A stretch of DNA of 64,000 bases from NCBI GenBank assembly GCA_965603825.1, contig CBFDEM010000054.1:682001-746000 (forward strand). The letters run 5' to 3'. Under the pieces are notes generated by a model. That model was not told the origin of the DNA and did not search any database. It saw nothing but the letters and a program-made list of their open reading frames with translations. Numbering within the stretch: the stretch's first letter is position 1; every line of letters begins with the position of its first letter. Shown here one piece after another: positions 23,835 through 35,276 of this stretch. Made by a program: the position numbers and the translations under genes. The stretch is from Blepharisma stoltei ATCC 30299. Taxonomy: Eukaryota; Protista; Ciliophora.

Positions 23835-24308
23835 TTAAATTCCTCTTCTTTCGAGATCTACAAATATCGGCAACCTCTTTTTAGAGGAATCTTTAGATGC
23901 ATCAAATGATCCTTTCCTGCTTGAAACTCTACTTCCTACAGGTGAGTTATCAGCTGTGTCTGGTGATAGATCTCTATGAATAAATTGGCACCTTGATCCA
24001 TATATGCAATATCCTAGCTCATGGAATTGTTTACATCTCTGAGTTTTATAGTTTTTTGCCTGAGGCTTATCCCTTAACTCAGATTCACCATGAGCGAACG
24101 CACATTCGCTTCCAAACTCGCAATACCCATTTTCCCAATTTTTACAAATTTCGCTCTTGAATTTTGTTTGGAAGTCAGCTTTCGTTGATTTCTTTTTGGC
24201 TTGGGAGCTTTCTAAGGCTGATTTGTTTTGATTTTTCTTTGATTTGCCGCTTTTTGGAGGCTTTTGGCTTCGAATTTTAGGTTGTTGAATTTCTGAAATA
24301 GTTTCCAT
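23835..24308 (-). CDS. Tandem CCCH zinc-finger protein (TTP/ZFP36-like)
   Basis: KFKSEIC-x8-C-x5-C-x3-H and YKTQRC-x8-C-x5-C-x3-H; C-terminal RLPIF motif. Confidence 0.93.
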   Translation of the reverse strand: METISEIQQPKIRSQKPPKSGKSKKNQNKSALESSQAKKKSTKADFQTKFKSEICKNWENGYCEFGSECAFAHGESELRDKPQAKNYKTQRCKQFHELGYCIYGSRCQFIHRDLSPDTADNSPVGSRVSSRKGSFDASKDSSKKRLPIFVDLERRGI

Positions 24309-25023
24309 AATGAAATATTTTTATATAATTTTGTAACCATTTTAGATTTTATAGGCACTTACTGACCAGTCCCGATCATTTACTTACGACATGCTAGAGC
24401 TGGATTTTTGCACTGATTATGGCTTCTGGAGTTTAGTTTTAAAATGCTAGGCCAATATTCAAGGCTTTCGGTAAGTTTTTCGGCTGAGTATAAAAGTTAA
24501 TAAAATTGCCATTTCTTCTGTCCGTTCATCAGGATATTTCAGATATATGTTGGCTTTGGATTTCTTTTTAATGAGAATTAAATTCATATTTACATCTGAT
24601 TTCTTTGAGGAAAATATTTTGAAATTAAAACCATAGTTCCCTATTTTTAAACTTTCAATGCTGTTTTCGATAATTACCATAGCCTATGCTTGCTATTAAA
24701 GATTAGCTTGGCTAAGAGGCTCGCGAACTAAATTTTCGTATAAAAATAATGCTTTCCTTTATTCAAATGATCGTTGAAAAAGTAAATATACTATCTCGAT
24801 CTAATTAAAAGCCAGATGTGCATCATTGATATTTGAAAATATTTTTCTAATGCTTTCGAAACTTCAGCTAAGACGATTTCCTTAGAACTTTTATGTCAGA
24901 ATGATGGATTTTGATGCCTGATGAAATTCCATTTTTATCATTACCTGCTTAATTTAAGAGAAGATTTCCAGCTTTGCAACTCAACTATGAGAAATTAATA
25001 TATTTTTCATCTATTAAATTAAG

Positions 25024-26301
25024 TAAGCGAAATTGAGCTACTATTTTTAAAAATAAGAAAAATAAAAAATATTAGCTCAATTCTTTAAAAATTAGATACT
25101 ATTTTAATGCATAGAAATACTACTTGTTGAGAATGAATATATTAATAGCATTAATATTGAACTTACTATTAAATTTTGCAAAAATATCCTCTATAAAAAA
25201 TCCATATATGGCAATGTTTGCTAAATTCTTTTTTATAGATGCAGACTGATTAAATTAATTATTTAAAATCATAAATGCAAATGGATCTATAAAATCTCTC
25301 CTTCTCATTTTAATTTATCTAATAATTCTTAAATACAAAGAAATCTTTTAATAATTTTTAAAATATTTTCAATGAATTTTCTTCTCTACTTCCTAAATTC
25401 CTTATTTTTCAAATGAAACACTAATTTACACAGATTTACCAAAAGAATTTTAAATCTGATTTAGCTTTCATTTTTATAATAATTTCCTACGTGTAATGTT
25501 TCTAGTCAATTGGCTCTATAGTGCACTGAGTTATCTTGACTTCTTCCAAAAGAACGCTAAACTTGTATTTCTAGGTCTGGATAACTCTGGCAAATCTACC
25601 TTAATTCAAATGTTGAATGATGGCAAATTGTGCTATCTTCAGCCTACTGTACATCCAGAATCCGTAGAACTTATAATTGGGGGGATCCGCTACCGTGCCT
25701 TTGATTTAGTCGGCCACGAAAACGCTAGAAAAATGAGGAAAGACTATTTGCTAGCAAACGTCGATGGGATAGTCTTCATGGTTGATTCATCAGATAGAGA
25801 GCGGTTCGATTTATCAAGAAATGAGCTCGATGAGTTAATGTCGATGGAAGAGCTACAAAATGTTCCTTTTATTATTTTAGGCAATAAAATTGACCTTGAT
25901 GATGCAGCGAGTGAAGAAGAGCTTAGAAATGCTCTGGGATTAGAAACATATAAGTGTTACGGAAAAGACTTAAAATCACAGACAGGGGTAAGACCGATTG
26001 AGCTTTTCATGTGTTCAGTGGCAAGAAGAGCGGGATATGCTGAAGGATTCCAATGGCTTAGTCAGTTTATAAATTAAGCAGTGGAGGAGTTTCCTTTTAT
26101 CTGAAGCAAATTTGATATTATTTGTGATAAAATATTTACAAAATATTATCGTCAAGGTGAATTAATCCAATGTTTCTTTTAATAAAATTATCATTTAAAA
26201 CATATAGTCTAATTATCCAGCGCTCTATAACAGTAATTTGGGCAATTTTAATAATTAGAATTTCAGATTTTTAAATAAATCAAATCATTTATTTTTAGTA
26301 T
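25024..26301 (+). repeat. Tandem segmental duplication copy 1 (Sar1 plus flanks)
   Basis: taagcgaaattgagctactatttt...ttatttttagtat aligns with 26450-27782, including non-coding flanks. Confidence 0.9.
25496..26077 (+). CDS. SAR1: Sar1 GTPase paralog, diverged in switch regions
   Basis: GLDNSGKS, DLVGH, NKID and [10 protein letters not shown]. Confidence 0.9.
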   Translation: MFLVNWLYSALSYLDFFQKNAKLVFLGLDNSGKSTLIQMLNDGKLCYLQPTVHPESVELIIGGIRYRAFDLVGHENARKMRKDYLLANVDGIVFMVDSSDRERFDLSRNELDELMSMEELQNVPFIILGNKIDLDDAASEEELRNALGLETYKCYGKDLKSQTGVRPIELFMCSVARRAGYAEGFQWLSQFIN

Positions 26302-26449
26302 ACAGTTTTAGATAGACGAAAAACGACTTTTGATAAACTCTGGCAACTGCCGAAAGACGGCTATATGAATCTTAAAATAATTGTTAAGGGAATTTTCCAA
26401 AAAAAGAATGCAATTTGATTAAAGATAAAAGCACAGCTTAATTTTTAAA

Positions 26450-27782
26450 TAAGCGAAATTGAGCTACTATTTTAAATATAAGAGAAATCTTCTTAATTAA
26501 CTCAATTTCTTAAAAATTAGATACTTTTTTAATGCAAAAGAAATATTGCTTGTTGAAAATGAAGATATTAATAGCATTAATATAGAACTTTATCAAAATT
26601 TTGCAAAAATATCCTCTATAAAAATACATATATGGCAATGTTGCTAAATTCATTTTTATAGATACAGACTAACTAAGTTAATTATTTAAAATATAAATGC
26701 AAATAGAATTATGAAATCTCTCTTTCTCACTCTAATTAATCGAATAATTCTTAAATACAAAGAAATCTTTTAAATAATTTTTAAAGTATTTTTACTGATT
26801 TTTCCTCTCCTATTCTTTAATTCCTTATTTTTCAAATGAAACACGAATTTTACACTAATTTATCAAAAAAAAAATTTTAAATCTGATTCAGCTTTCATTT
26901 TTATAATAATTTCCTACGTGTAATGTTTCTAGTCAATTGGTTCTATGGTGCACTGGGTTATCTTGGCCTCTACCAAAAGAATGCAAAACTTGTATTTCTA
27001 GGTCTGGATAACGCTGGCAAATCCACCTTACTTCAAATGTTGAAAGATGACAAAATGGCCCAGCTTGAGCCTACTACACATCCACAATCAGAAGAACTGG
27101 TAATGGGGAGTATCCGCTTCCGTACCTTTGATTTGGGAGGCCACGAAATTGCTAGAAAAATCTGGAAAGACTATTTAGGAAGCGTTGATGGGATAGTCTT
27201 CATGGTTGATTCATCAGATAGAGAACGGTTCGATTTATCAAGAAATGAACTTAATGAGCTAATGTCGATGGAAGAGCTACAAAATGTTCCTTTTATTATT
27301 TTAGGCAATAAAATTGACCTTGATGATGCAGCGAGTGAAGAAGAGCTTAGAAATGCTCTGGGATTAGAAACATATGGGTATTATGGAAAAGACTTAAAAT
27401 CACAGACAGGGGTAAGACCGATTGAGCTTTTCATGTGCTCAGTGGCAAGAAGAATGGGGTATGCTGAAGGATTCCGATGGTTAAGTCAATTTTTAAAGTA
27501 AATATTATGTGATTTAAGCTGAAAATCAGTAAAATTTTAGTTTATAAATTAAGCACTGGGAGGTGAATTTACTTTTATCTGAAGCGAATTTGATATTATT
27601 TATGATAAAATATTTACAAAAATATTATTGTCAAAGGTGAATTAATTCAATGTTCCTTTTAATAAAATTATCATCTAAAATATAGAGAATTATTAACCAG
27701 CGCACTATGACAGTAATTTGGACAATTTTAATAATTAGAATTTCATATTTTTAAATAAATCAGACCAACTTATTTTTAGTAT
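26450..27782 (+). repeat. Tandem segmental duplication copy 2
   Basis: See copy 1. Confidence 0.9.
26923..27501 (+). CDS. SAR1: Sar1 GTPase (canonical)
   Basis: [31 protein letters not shown] and GFRWLSQ. Confidence 0.97.
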   Translation: MFLVNWFYGALGYLGLYQKNAKLVFLGLDNAGKSTLLQMLKDDKMAQLEPTTHPQSEELVMGSIRFRTFDLGGHEIARKIWKDYLGSVDGIVFMVDSSDRERFDLSRNELNELMSMEELQNVPFIILGNKIDLDDAASEEELRNALGLETYGYYGKDLKSQTGVRPIELFMCSVARRMGYAEGFRWLSQFLK

Positions 27783-27821
27783 TTTATAATTCTGCCCAGA
27801 GATTTAAATTACTTATATTTA

Positions 27822-28904
27822 ATGTCAAAAACCATAAAATACCCAGAAGTTTCTCTTCAAAATCTAAATACTGGCAACCATTCTACAATCAAACCGAACT
27901 CATCTGCAATATATCCAGCCAGATCAATGTCAAAACCGCCATCCAACTCATTTTATATCCCCGCACATTTATCATCCCTTAAAAAGACTCACTATAAATC
28001 CCCTGAGTCCTCCGCAAATCAAAGCTCTAATGCTTCACCCTCTCCTCGAAGAAAATATGAAACAAGCGAAGTCATTTCTTATGCAAAAAATGCTTTATCA
28101 CATATAAAAGATTCCCAAAAGCTGCACGAAAATGCCTCACAAATGAACGAATACTTAAAAAAAGTCAAAAACAAAATGGAGTATTACAAAATAAAATCTA
28201 AAAACCTTGAAAAAGAGAACTTAAAGCTAAAAGAAGACATTGTAAAATATTCAATTTCTGATTCTTCAACCATTTCTGGTAGTTCTGAAAGGTGAGAAAA
28301 ATCTTCAGGCGATGAATTTGATAGTCCAATAAGTAAACTTGAAGAAAGTTTAAAGACCAAATATAAGTCTGAAATATCAAATTTAAAAGAAATTATCAAT
28401 GAAAAAGATAAGAAAATAAAACAGATGGAATTAGAATTACAGAACCGAAAATTCTTAGGAGAGCATAAAGAAAATATAAAAAATGCAACGCTAGAAAAAG
28501 TAAATATTGATAAATCAGAACATGAAAAACTAGAAATACAATTTAAAGAGCTTGAGGACATGCAAAACCGACTGATTTCAGAAAACGAGACTTTAAAGAG
28601 AGAATTAAAAATCTATAATTCAAACGGAGACCATTTAGGGCTTATTTATTTTGCGAATGATATACGAAATATTAAAAAAGACCTTAGTCAAGTACTTATT
28701 GTCCTTGAAACTCTAAAGGAAGGAAAACAAGTAAGCTTAAAATTGGTACTAGGATTAGAAGACGAAGACATAAACCCGCAGTTAACAGCACAACAAATTA
28801 ATCAAAATCTTTCAATTATCAAATCTTCTCTATCTAAAATAAGAGAAATTATTGCAGATTTTCATGCAGAGCAGTGCGGCACTCATTCTTGCGCTATGCA
28901 ATAG
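27822..28904 (+). CDS. Coiled-coil protein with CEP85-like C-terminus and CaaX motif, 360 aa
   Basis: Two ORFs joined via TGA 28293. GKQVSLKLVLGL...IREIIADFHAEQCGTHSCAMQ. Confidence 0.7.
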
Positions 28905-28969
28905 TGTACAGAACTGATAGAAATAATTAATAAATTATATTTATATTAAAAAATACTATAGTTTCATTT

Positions 28970-30055
28970 ATGCTAAATTTTGATTTATTCCTCATTTTTG
29001 TTGATAAAAAGAGAGTAAAAAGTATTCTTCTGATATGAAAAATAGGGGGAAGACCTCGATTACCGATTGCTGAATTATTTAAGCTATTCAAAAGTACAAA
29101 AGCAGGGCGCAAGCTGAAATATTTTAGAGGAAACAATGAAATGTGAATAAATAAATTTTTCAGACTATTACATAAGAAATTAATGAGAAAAGATTATAAT
29201 TCCAGATTCAACGATTTTTATAATTATGTTGAAGGCAAGCTGCTAGAAAATCCGAGAGAAAATAGCTCAATAAATTATTTGCTTGCCATTCTTAGATGCC
29301 CATTGTGGCCTAGTAGTTTTTTGAAAAAAGAAGGAAAAGAAGTATTCACTAATTATGATAAGAAAAAAACTAAGCTGACTATCGGGTGTTGCAAGTTATT
29401 GAGAGAGAAAATTTCTGGTTTTCAAGGGGTAATAGATGTATTTGCAAAATGCCTTCTAGGCCAAATAAAAGGTACCTGCTTTGATGAATCATTTTTGAGC
29501 GCAGCTTTTCATCAAGAGTGTGATAGTGTATATAATAAAGAAATAAGACAGGAAATATGAAATTCCTTGATTATCGATCATCTTTCCTTTGTCGGAATCG
29601 AAACTGATGAAAAGGAAAGAATGGAAAAAATAGAAAAATTATTATACAAATTAAAAGATATATTAGGAAGCTGCAATGATCTTTGTAGTTCTGAAACCTC
29701 GATTGAGTCATCTTATTGCCCAAGCACTACAGTCGCTCAAACATATCCACTGGGAAAGAGCTCAGTGAGAGAAGGCATAAATAGCGATTTTGGTACAGCT
29801 CTAGAGATTGAAGAGAGCCTTAAAAACAATAATAAATTTTTCAATTTTTTATCACCAAAACAAGAAGCCTCTGAACATGATAGTCATAACAAATTTGATG
29901 CAACTCCTGAAACAGATCCTACAGAAAATGATATTTTTAAAAATAAAGAAGCAGTGCAGCAGGAATCTTGGATGGAAAATAGCTCTAATCCTGATAGCTT
30001 CAATTATGATTGCTCAATAATGGGTGGAGATATAGATGAAATCTCCTTTTATTAA
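28970..30055 (+). CDS. GRP-motif family protein 1 (basic N-domain, acidic tail); start ambiguous (28970, or 29035 with a 1-nt indel)
   Basis: GRPRLPIAELFKLF...[W]INKFF...CPLWPSSF...EI[W]NSLIID; joins ORFs 29183 and 29567. Confidence 0.7.
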
Positions 30056-30164
30056 ATAATTGAGAATATTCAATAAATTCATTTTTAATATGACTCAGTT
30101 TTAGATAGAAAAATCAGATGGTTTTGACTTATATAAACTATTTGATTTTTGCCTTAAAATTATC

Positions 30165-30969
30165 TTAAGCTGCAGTTGCAAAGCCTGTCTTTTATTTCCC
30201 ATGCCGAGTTGAGTATAGTAAGTGATGAAAAGGTCTCCCAAAATGATTGCGTTAGCAAGCCAGGCTCCAGAGAAATCTTCAGCTTGCCATCCAATAATGC
30301 ACTGAACTTTGCCTTCAGAAGTGACTTTCCAAATATAATTTTGAGGGGTCAAAAGAAAATTAGTTATGCCAATAGTGACAGTTAAATTAGGAAGCTTGCA
30401 ATATTTGACTAGCTTTCTTTTACTGTAGGAATTTTAGAAAGAATCTGGTTTACAACGGTTTGGTCTCCTATAAGTAGGGTTGTGCAAGCATCCAAAATTT
30501 CCTGAATTTCTGAAACTCAACTTTGTTTATCCAACGTGATGTAGGCAAGGCTAATCAAAATAAGTTTAAGATAATAAATTATATGCCAATTGAAGGCCAA
30601 GCCATTCCAAGAAGTCTGTCGTTTTTATCTGATCCCAATTCAGAGTCGCATATAGGCAAATTCTACAAATTTACTGCTAACATTGAGAGGAATCCTGAGG
30701 CTTCTCCTTGTCCATAGTAAAAAGCGACTTTTTGCCATTATCGGTGGTAGATTTGCTATGGCTGTATTGATTGTGAGGTGGCAAGTAGTTGAATAGCAAG
30801 AATCTGAAGGAATCTAGATGTTAGAGGATACCTCATCAAAAATTAGTATAAAGTTCTAAGGGTTCCAATTTGCTCCCCATAATATTGGGGGTTCAGATAA
30901 TTCGTAAAGGACATTGAAGTTTATAGCCGATCGTCTGCGACATCTTTATTCAAGCGCATCGATGTCCAT
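30165..30969 (-). pseudogene. Cathepsin D/pepsin-like aspartic protease pseudogene
   Basis: Ordered motifs in shifting frames with TAA/TAG stops: NYLNPQYYG, FDEVSSNI*IPS..C, YGQGEASGFLS, DRLLGMAWPSI, LDACTTLLIG, LPNLTVTIG, IILGDLFI, GFATAA*. Confidence 0.85.
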
Positions 30970-30996
30970 ATTAACAATGAATTACTAAACTCTTAT

Positions 30997-32502
30997 ATGA
31001 AATCTAATAATCTAGGAAGACCATCGAAAAATATATTTGAGCTAGAAAAGCATTACAGATCCAAAAAAAGCAAGAAAGAGCGACAGCAAAAGTCACGCCA
31101 CCAGTTTTGACTTCAAACAATTTTCTGAATCTTGTATAAAGTGATTTTAAATTGCGATCGCGATGCAAGATTTATTTACTTTTATGAAAGCCTTAACAAT
31201 AAAATAGTAAATACTATAGAATGAGGAGAAATTTCCGTGTCAGAATATATAAACAATTTTTTCCAAATTGTTAGGGTAAAAGGCAATGTTACGATTGAAA
31301 GAATTGAATCCTTGAGATCAGGCATCGATGATAATTTTAATTTTCAAGAAGAAGTTATGGAGCCTTTTACAAAATGCCTTGTAGGAGATGGTCAAAACGT
31401 GGATGAAATCTTTTTAGAAACTCTTTTTGATGTAGAATTAGTAATTGATATAGATCGCAAGATAAGAGGAGAAATACACTATTATATGGTTAAATGCCAT
31501 TCATTAGCTGGAACTAATATAGAAGATTATTATGATAAAGAAATTGAAAAGCTAGTTCAAAAAATACAGATAATAGAGCAGGAAAAGAAAAATGCTCCAA
31601 CTATTGATAAAACTGCTGATTCATCAAATTTAGAGGAAACAAAAGATGAGTCCACATGTTCAGTACCTTGACAAGTAAAGTCACAAAGAAAGATAAAAGG
31701 GAGTAAAGCTGTTGAATACCCTCTTAATACTGAAGAGCTGTCCAGTGATTTAGGTATAAAACATACGGAACAACCGGTAGATTTTGTGGAAAATTACGAA
31801 TGCAATGATCCTCAGGATTCTGATAGCTCAGATCTAAGTGGTGCTCCCCAGTACCAACAAATAAGAACATTATCACCTGAAAAAAATAGTGAGTCTTCTG
31901 TACAATTTGTGAGCAAATATGAGCAAGAAGAATGCATTGATGCAAATTGGGATAATCTATTTAGAAATTATCCAAATGAATTTCCACCAGGCAATAATCA
32001 AAATGTGAGAGAAACAGAGAGATCAGAAGAAAATAATCGCATGGAAATTTGTAATTACTCGATTAGCAATTCTCAAATAGCTCCTCCTACAGAACAAATA
32101 TTAAATTTTAAGCAAACAACGGATTTGCCGTCAAATGAAGCTAATGGATCTTTTAGTGGAAAGCAAGATTCAATGGAGCTTGTGCCACAAGAAGTAATTC
32201 ATATACAAACTGACGCTAACCAGCAAAGCATCGATTTGCCTATGGATACTTACAGTGAATTGGGATTGGAGAGTATTAACTCAGATTCGAATGGCAATAC
32301 TCATATTCAACAATTTCAGCCAGAGGAATATAATCATGTATCCAGCGAGCCAGATAAAATGGATATGGATGAAAAACTTGACTCCGATTTCAATAAGTAT
32401 AGTACTCAAGCAAGCATAAATGAAGGCAATCGTGAATGTTTATCACATTCATTTGAGTCAGAACTTTTTGATGAAATCGGATATTCTTTAAACCTTAACT
32501 AA
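30997..32502 (+). CDS. GRP-motif family protein 2 (distant member) with long acidic disordered tail, 501 aa
   Basis: ATG 30997 reads through four TGAs and joins ORFs 31237 and 31786. N-terminus LGRPSKNIFELEK...[W]LQTIF...RFIYFY. Confidence 0.75.
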
Positions 32503-32931
32503 CAACGAAGACTTCAAGTCTATTAATAATTAATTGATCAAAAAGTTTAAGTTTTAATATTTCTTCGAGAATTTTGTACCTTTTAGGAAATTAGCTGTGA
32601 ATAGAATACTGTCTTTTAAATTAATTCTAAAAATAAGAATATCGCTCACTAGAGTTCTAATTCTAAACAAGATTTTCTGCAGAAATAATCAGGCTAGTAG
32701 CCTGTTTAAATAATTTTTCTTATAATTTATATTTTAGATTCTAGTTACTAGAATCCTTTAAATTCTTATATTTGATATTTTTGTAAACTTAGGATGCTCT
32801 AATTTGAATTAATTATCTATCATAAGCATTCTCCATTTCCAGATAAATTCCACCTATTCTCATCTGTTACTAACATTTCGCCATTTTAACGTGCAGAATT
32901 TATACAAAATTTTTCATCCTATAATATTTTT

Positions 32932-33753
32932 ATGCAGAGAAGCAAGCCAAAGAGTATTAGGTTTGAACTTCTAAAGCAATTTACAAAAACTGGAAACAGA
33001 ATAAAAAAATCTGAGTCAGAAATTAAAAAACCGGAGAAAATCCTTAATATTTTCTTCAATAAATTCTATAATCTCGTCAGATCGTTTTGGAAAAAATGCA
33101 GCAGTCCAGAATACGATCGAGTCAAAGACTTGGCTGAGCCAGAAGTGTGGGATCAGCTATTTCTTTCCTGCCATTGGTCAAAGAAGTTTGTCCACAAGGA
33201 AGATAAAATTTTTTACAACTTGGATAGCCATAAAGCCCAATTTTCAATCAAGAGTTGTAATTTTCTAATGACTCAATTCCTCTGTTTATCAACTATCCTG
33301 CAAGAGTATGGGAAGATATTATCAGAGAAAACAGAGGAAGCTTTGGAGTCATTATTTAATTACAGATGTCTTAAAACCCATAAATCCTCAGGAAATAGCA
33401 AGAATTTATGGGTTTTGTTAATCATGGACTTGGCTTACATAGGAAAAGAAGTAGAAAGAAGTCAAAACTTAGAACTTGCTTATGGATTTCTAAGTACAAT
33501 TTTAGAAGAAAACAGCCAGAAGCAAACTACACAAGAGGAGCAATGCATTTCTGATCAATACAAGCAAAATTTATATGAGACATTGTTTGAATATGAAAAA
33601 AGTTCATATGATCAGGAATTGCTGTCAACTCTTGACACATTAGGCGATAATGATGGAAAATTTCTTGTAAGCAACATCGAGCCATTTTGTGATTTATCAC
33701 CACCAGATTGTCTCGATAATTATGAGTTTGATAGCGATTATTATCTTTATTAA
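32932..33753 (+). CDS. GRP-motif family protein 3
   Basis: MQRSKPKSIR...LNIFFNKFYNL...; close paralog of 33868. Confidence 0.8.
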   Translation: MQRSKPKSIRFELLKQFTKTGNRIKKSESEIKKPEKILNIFFNKFYNLVRSFWKKCSSPEYDRVKDLAEPEVWDQLFLSCHWSKKFVHKEDKIFYNLDSHKAQFSIKSCNFLMTQFLCLSTILQEYGKILSEKTEEALESLFNYRCLKTHKSSGNSKNLWVLLIMDLAYIGKEVERSQNLELAYGFLSTILEENSQKQTTQEEQCISDQYKQNLYETLFEYEKSSYDQELLSTLDTLGDNDGKFLVSNIEPFCDLSPPDCLDNYEFDSDYYLY

Positions 33754-33867
33754 TTTAGCTTATTTATAAAATTAAATCTTTTGAAAAATTGAATGCCTTA
33801 GGGAAAAAATTATTTGCTTTTACTATGCAGATTTTGTAGATTTAGACATGTCTATATAATTTATATT

Positions 33868-34695
33868 ATGGAAAGAGGCAGACCTAAGAGCATAAGAACT
33901 ACTATTTTGCTTGAGAAATTTGAAAAGATCGGAAAGAGAGCTAAAGCTTCTCAGCTGAAAAGGAAAAAGCATGAGAAATTGCTTAATATCTTTTTCAATA
34001 AGTTTTATAACCTCTTAAGGTCATTTTTTTACAATTGCAGTGATCCGGAATATAACCGAGTCAAAGAATTGGTTGAACCGGAGCTAGCGCAGCTATTCCT
34101 TTCCAGCTATTGGCCAAAAAAATTCACCCATAAATCAGACATCAAGCTTTATGACGAAAAGATGCTAAAAGCTCAATTTTCAATGATCAGCTGTAAAAAT
34201 TTAATGAAACACTTTCTCTGCTTTTCAAGAGCCCTTCAAGAATTCGGGGTAATATTATCGGAAATGGCAGAAGAGAGCCTTGAGTCATTATTTAGTTACA
34301 GATGCATTGAAAAGAGTCAAAATAGCAAGAAGTTATGGAAATGCTTGATAATGGATTTGGCTAGTGCCGGGAAAAACAGCGAAAAGCGAAAATTGAACTT
34401 AGAAAATATTTATCAATATTTAAATCCAGCCCAAAAAACAGAAAATCACATGCTAAATTTAGAAGAAATATATGAACCATTCCTCATTACTGAGAAAAGT
34501 TTATATGATCAAGATTTAGTTTCAACCCTTGACTCACTTAAGGAAAGTGAAGAAAGAATATTCGAAATTAATCTGGACAATTTTTCTATTTCATCAGAAA
34601 TAGAGAGTATTGAAGAATTGAGACTCGCAGACGATTTTGATGAAAATTTGTATTTAGCAAATGATGAATATGTTGAAGATATAGATAATTTTTAA
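33868..34695 (+). CDS. GRP-motif family protein 4
   Basis: MERGRPKSIR...LNIFFNKFYNL...LWKCLIMDLA; true ATG at 33868. Confidence 0.8.
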   Translation: MERGRPKSIRTTILLEKFEKIGKRAKASQLKRKKHEKLLNIFFNKFYNLLRSFFYNCSDPEYNRVKELVEPELAQLFLSSYWPKKFTHKSDIKLYDEKMLKAQFSMISCKNLMKHFLCFSRALQEFGVILSEMAEESLESLFSYRCIEKSQNSKKLWKCLIMDLASAGKNSEKRKLNLENIYQYLNPAQKTENHMLNLEEIYEPFLITEKSLYDQDLVSTLDSLKESEERIFEINLDNFSISSEIESIEELRLADDFDENLYLANDEYVEDIDNF

Positions 34696-35276
34696 AATAA
34701 CAATATTTATTTGAAATTACTTGAGTAAAAAAAATTGAGTTTGGCAAGTAATGAAGATAATGAAAAGATTGATAATTATTTTTATAATTAATATTCAATT
34801 AATAAATTAGTGTTTTCTATTTGGAAAAATACTCTTTTTCCTTTTTATTTTGATCAAGATTATATTACATTTTCCTACTTTTCCTAAAATAATTATTATC
34901 TATATTTGATAACGATTATTTATTAAATTCATTAAAATTATATTAGAATTTCTTAGAGTTAATGTATTCAATATCCATAATATTAATTATTGAGGTTAAT
35001 TCACCCAAAGCACGTATTTTTCAATAGCTTTGTTTGCGGAGAGTTATCAATTTATGATATTATTGATTTTTAATGCTTCAATAGTGTTCCTTTAAATTTT
35101 AATAAAAATACAAAGAAAAATCTGGTCTAATTCTTAAATTTTTCTACTTCTTAAACTAGTAAAATATATAAATATTCATTCTTTTTATATAAATCTTTCC
35201 ATAAATATTCGTATTTGCATTTCTAATTAATGATCTCAAGCATTGTTATTTCCATTTTCCTATTTTTATAATTATT

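Noticed and set aside
24459-24680. Short minus-strand ORF
   Set aside because: AT-rich, no motif, and ends soon after; likely spurious.
27489-27539. Retained IES as the explanation for the Sar1 indel
   Set aside because: Not bounded by TA on both sides, and it contains the native stop codon.
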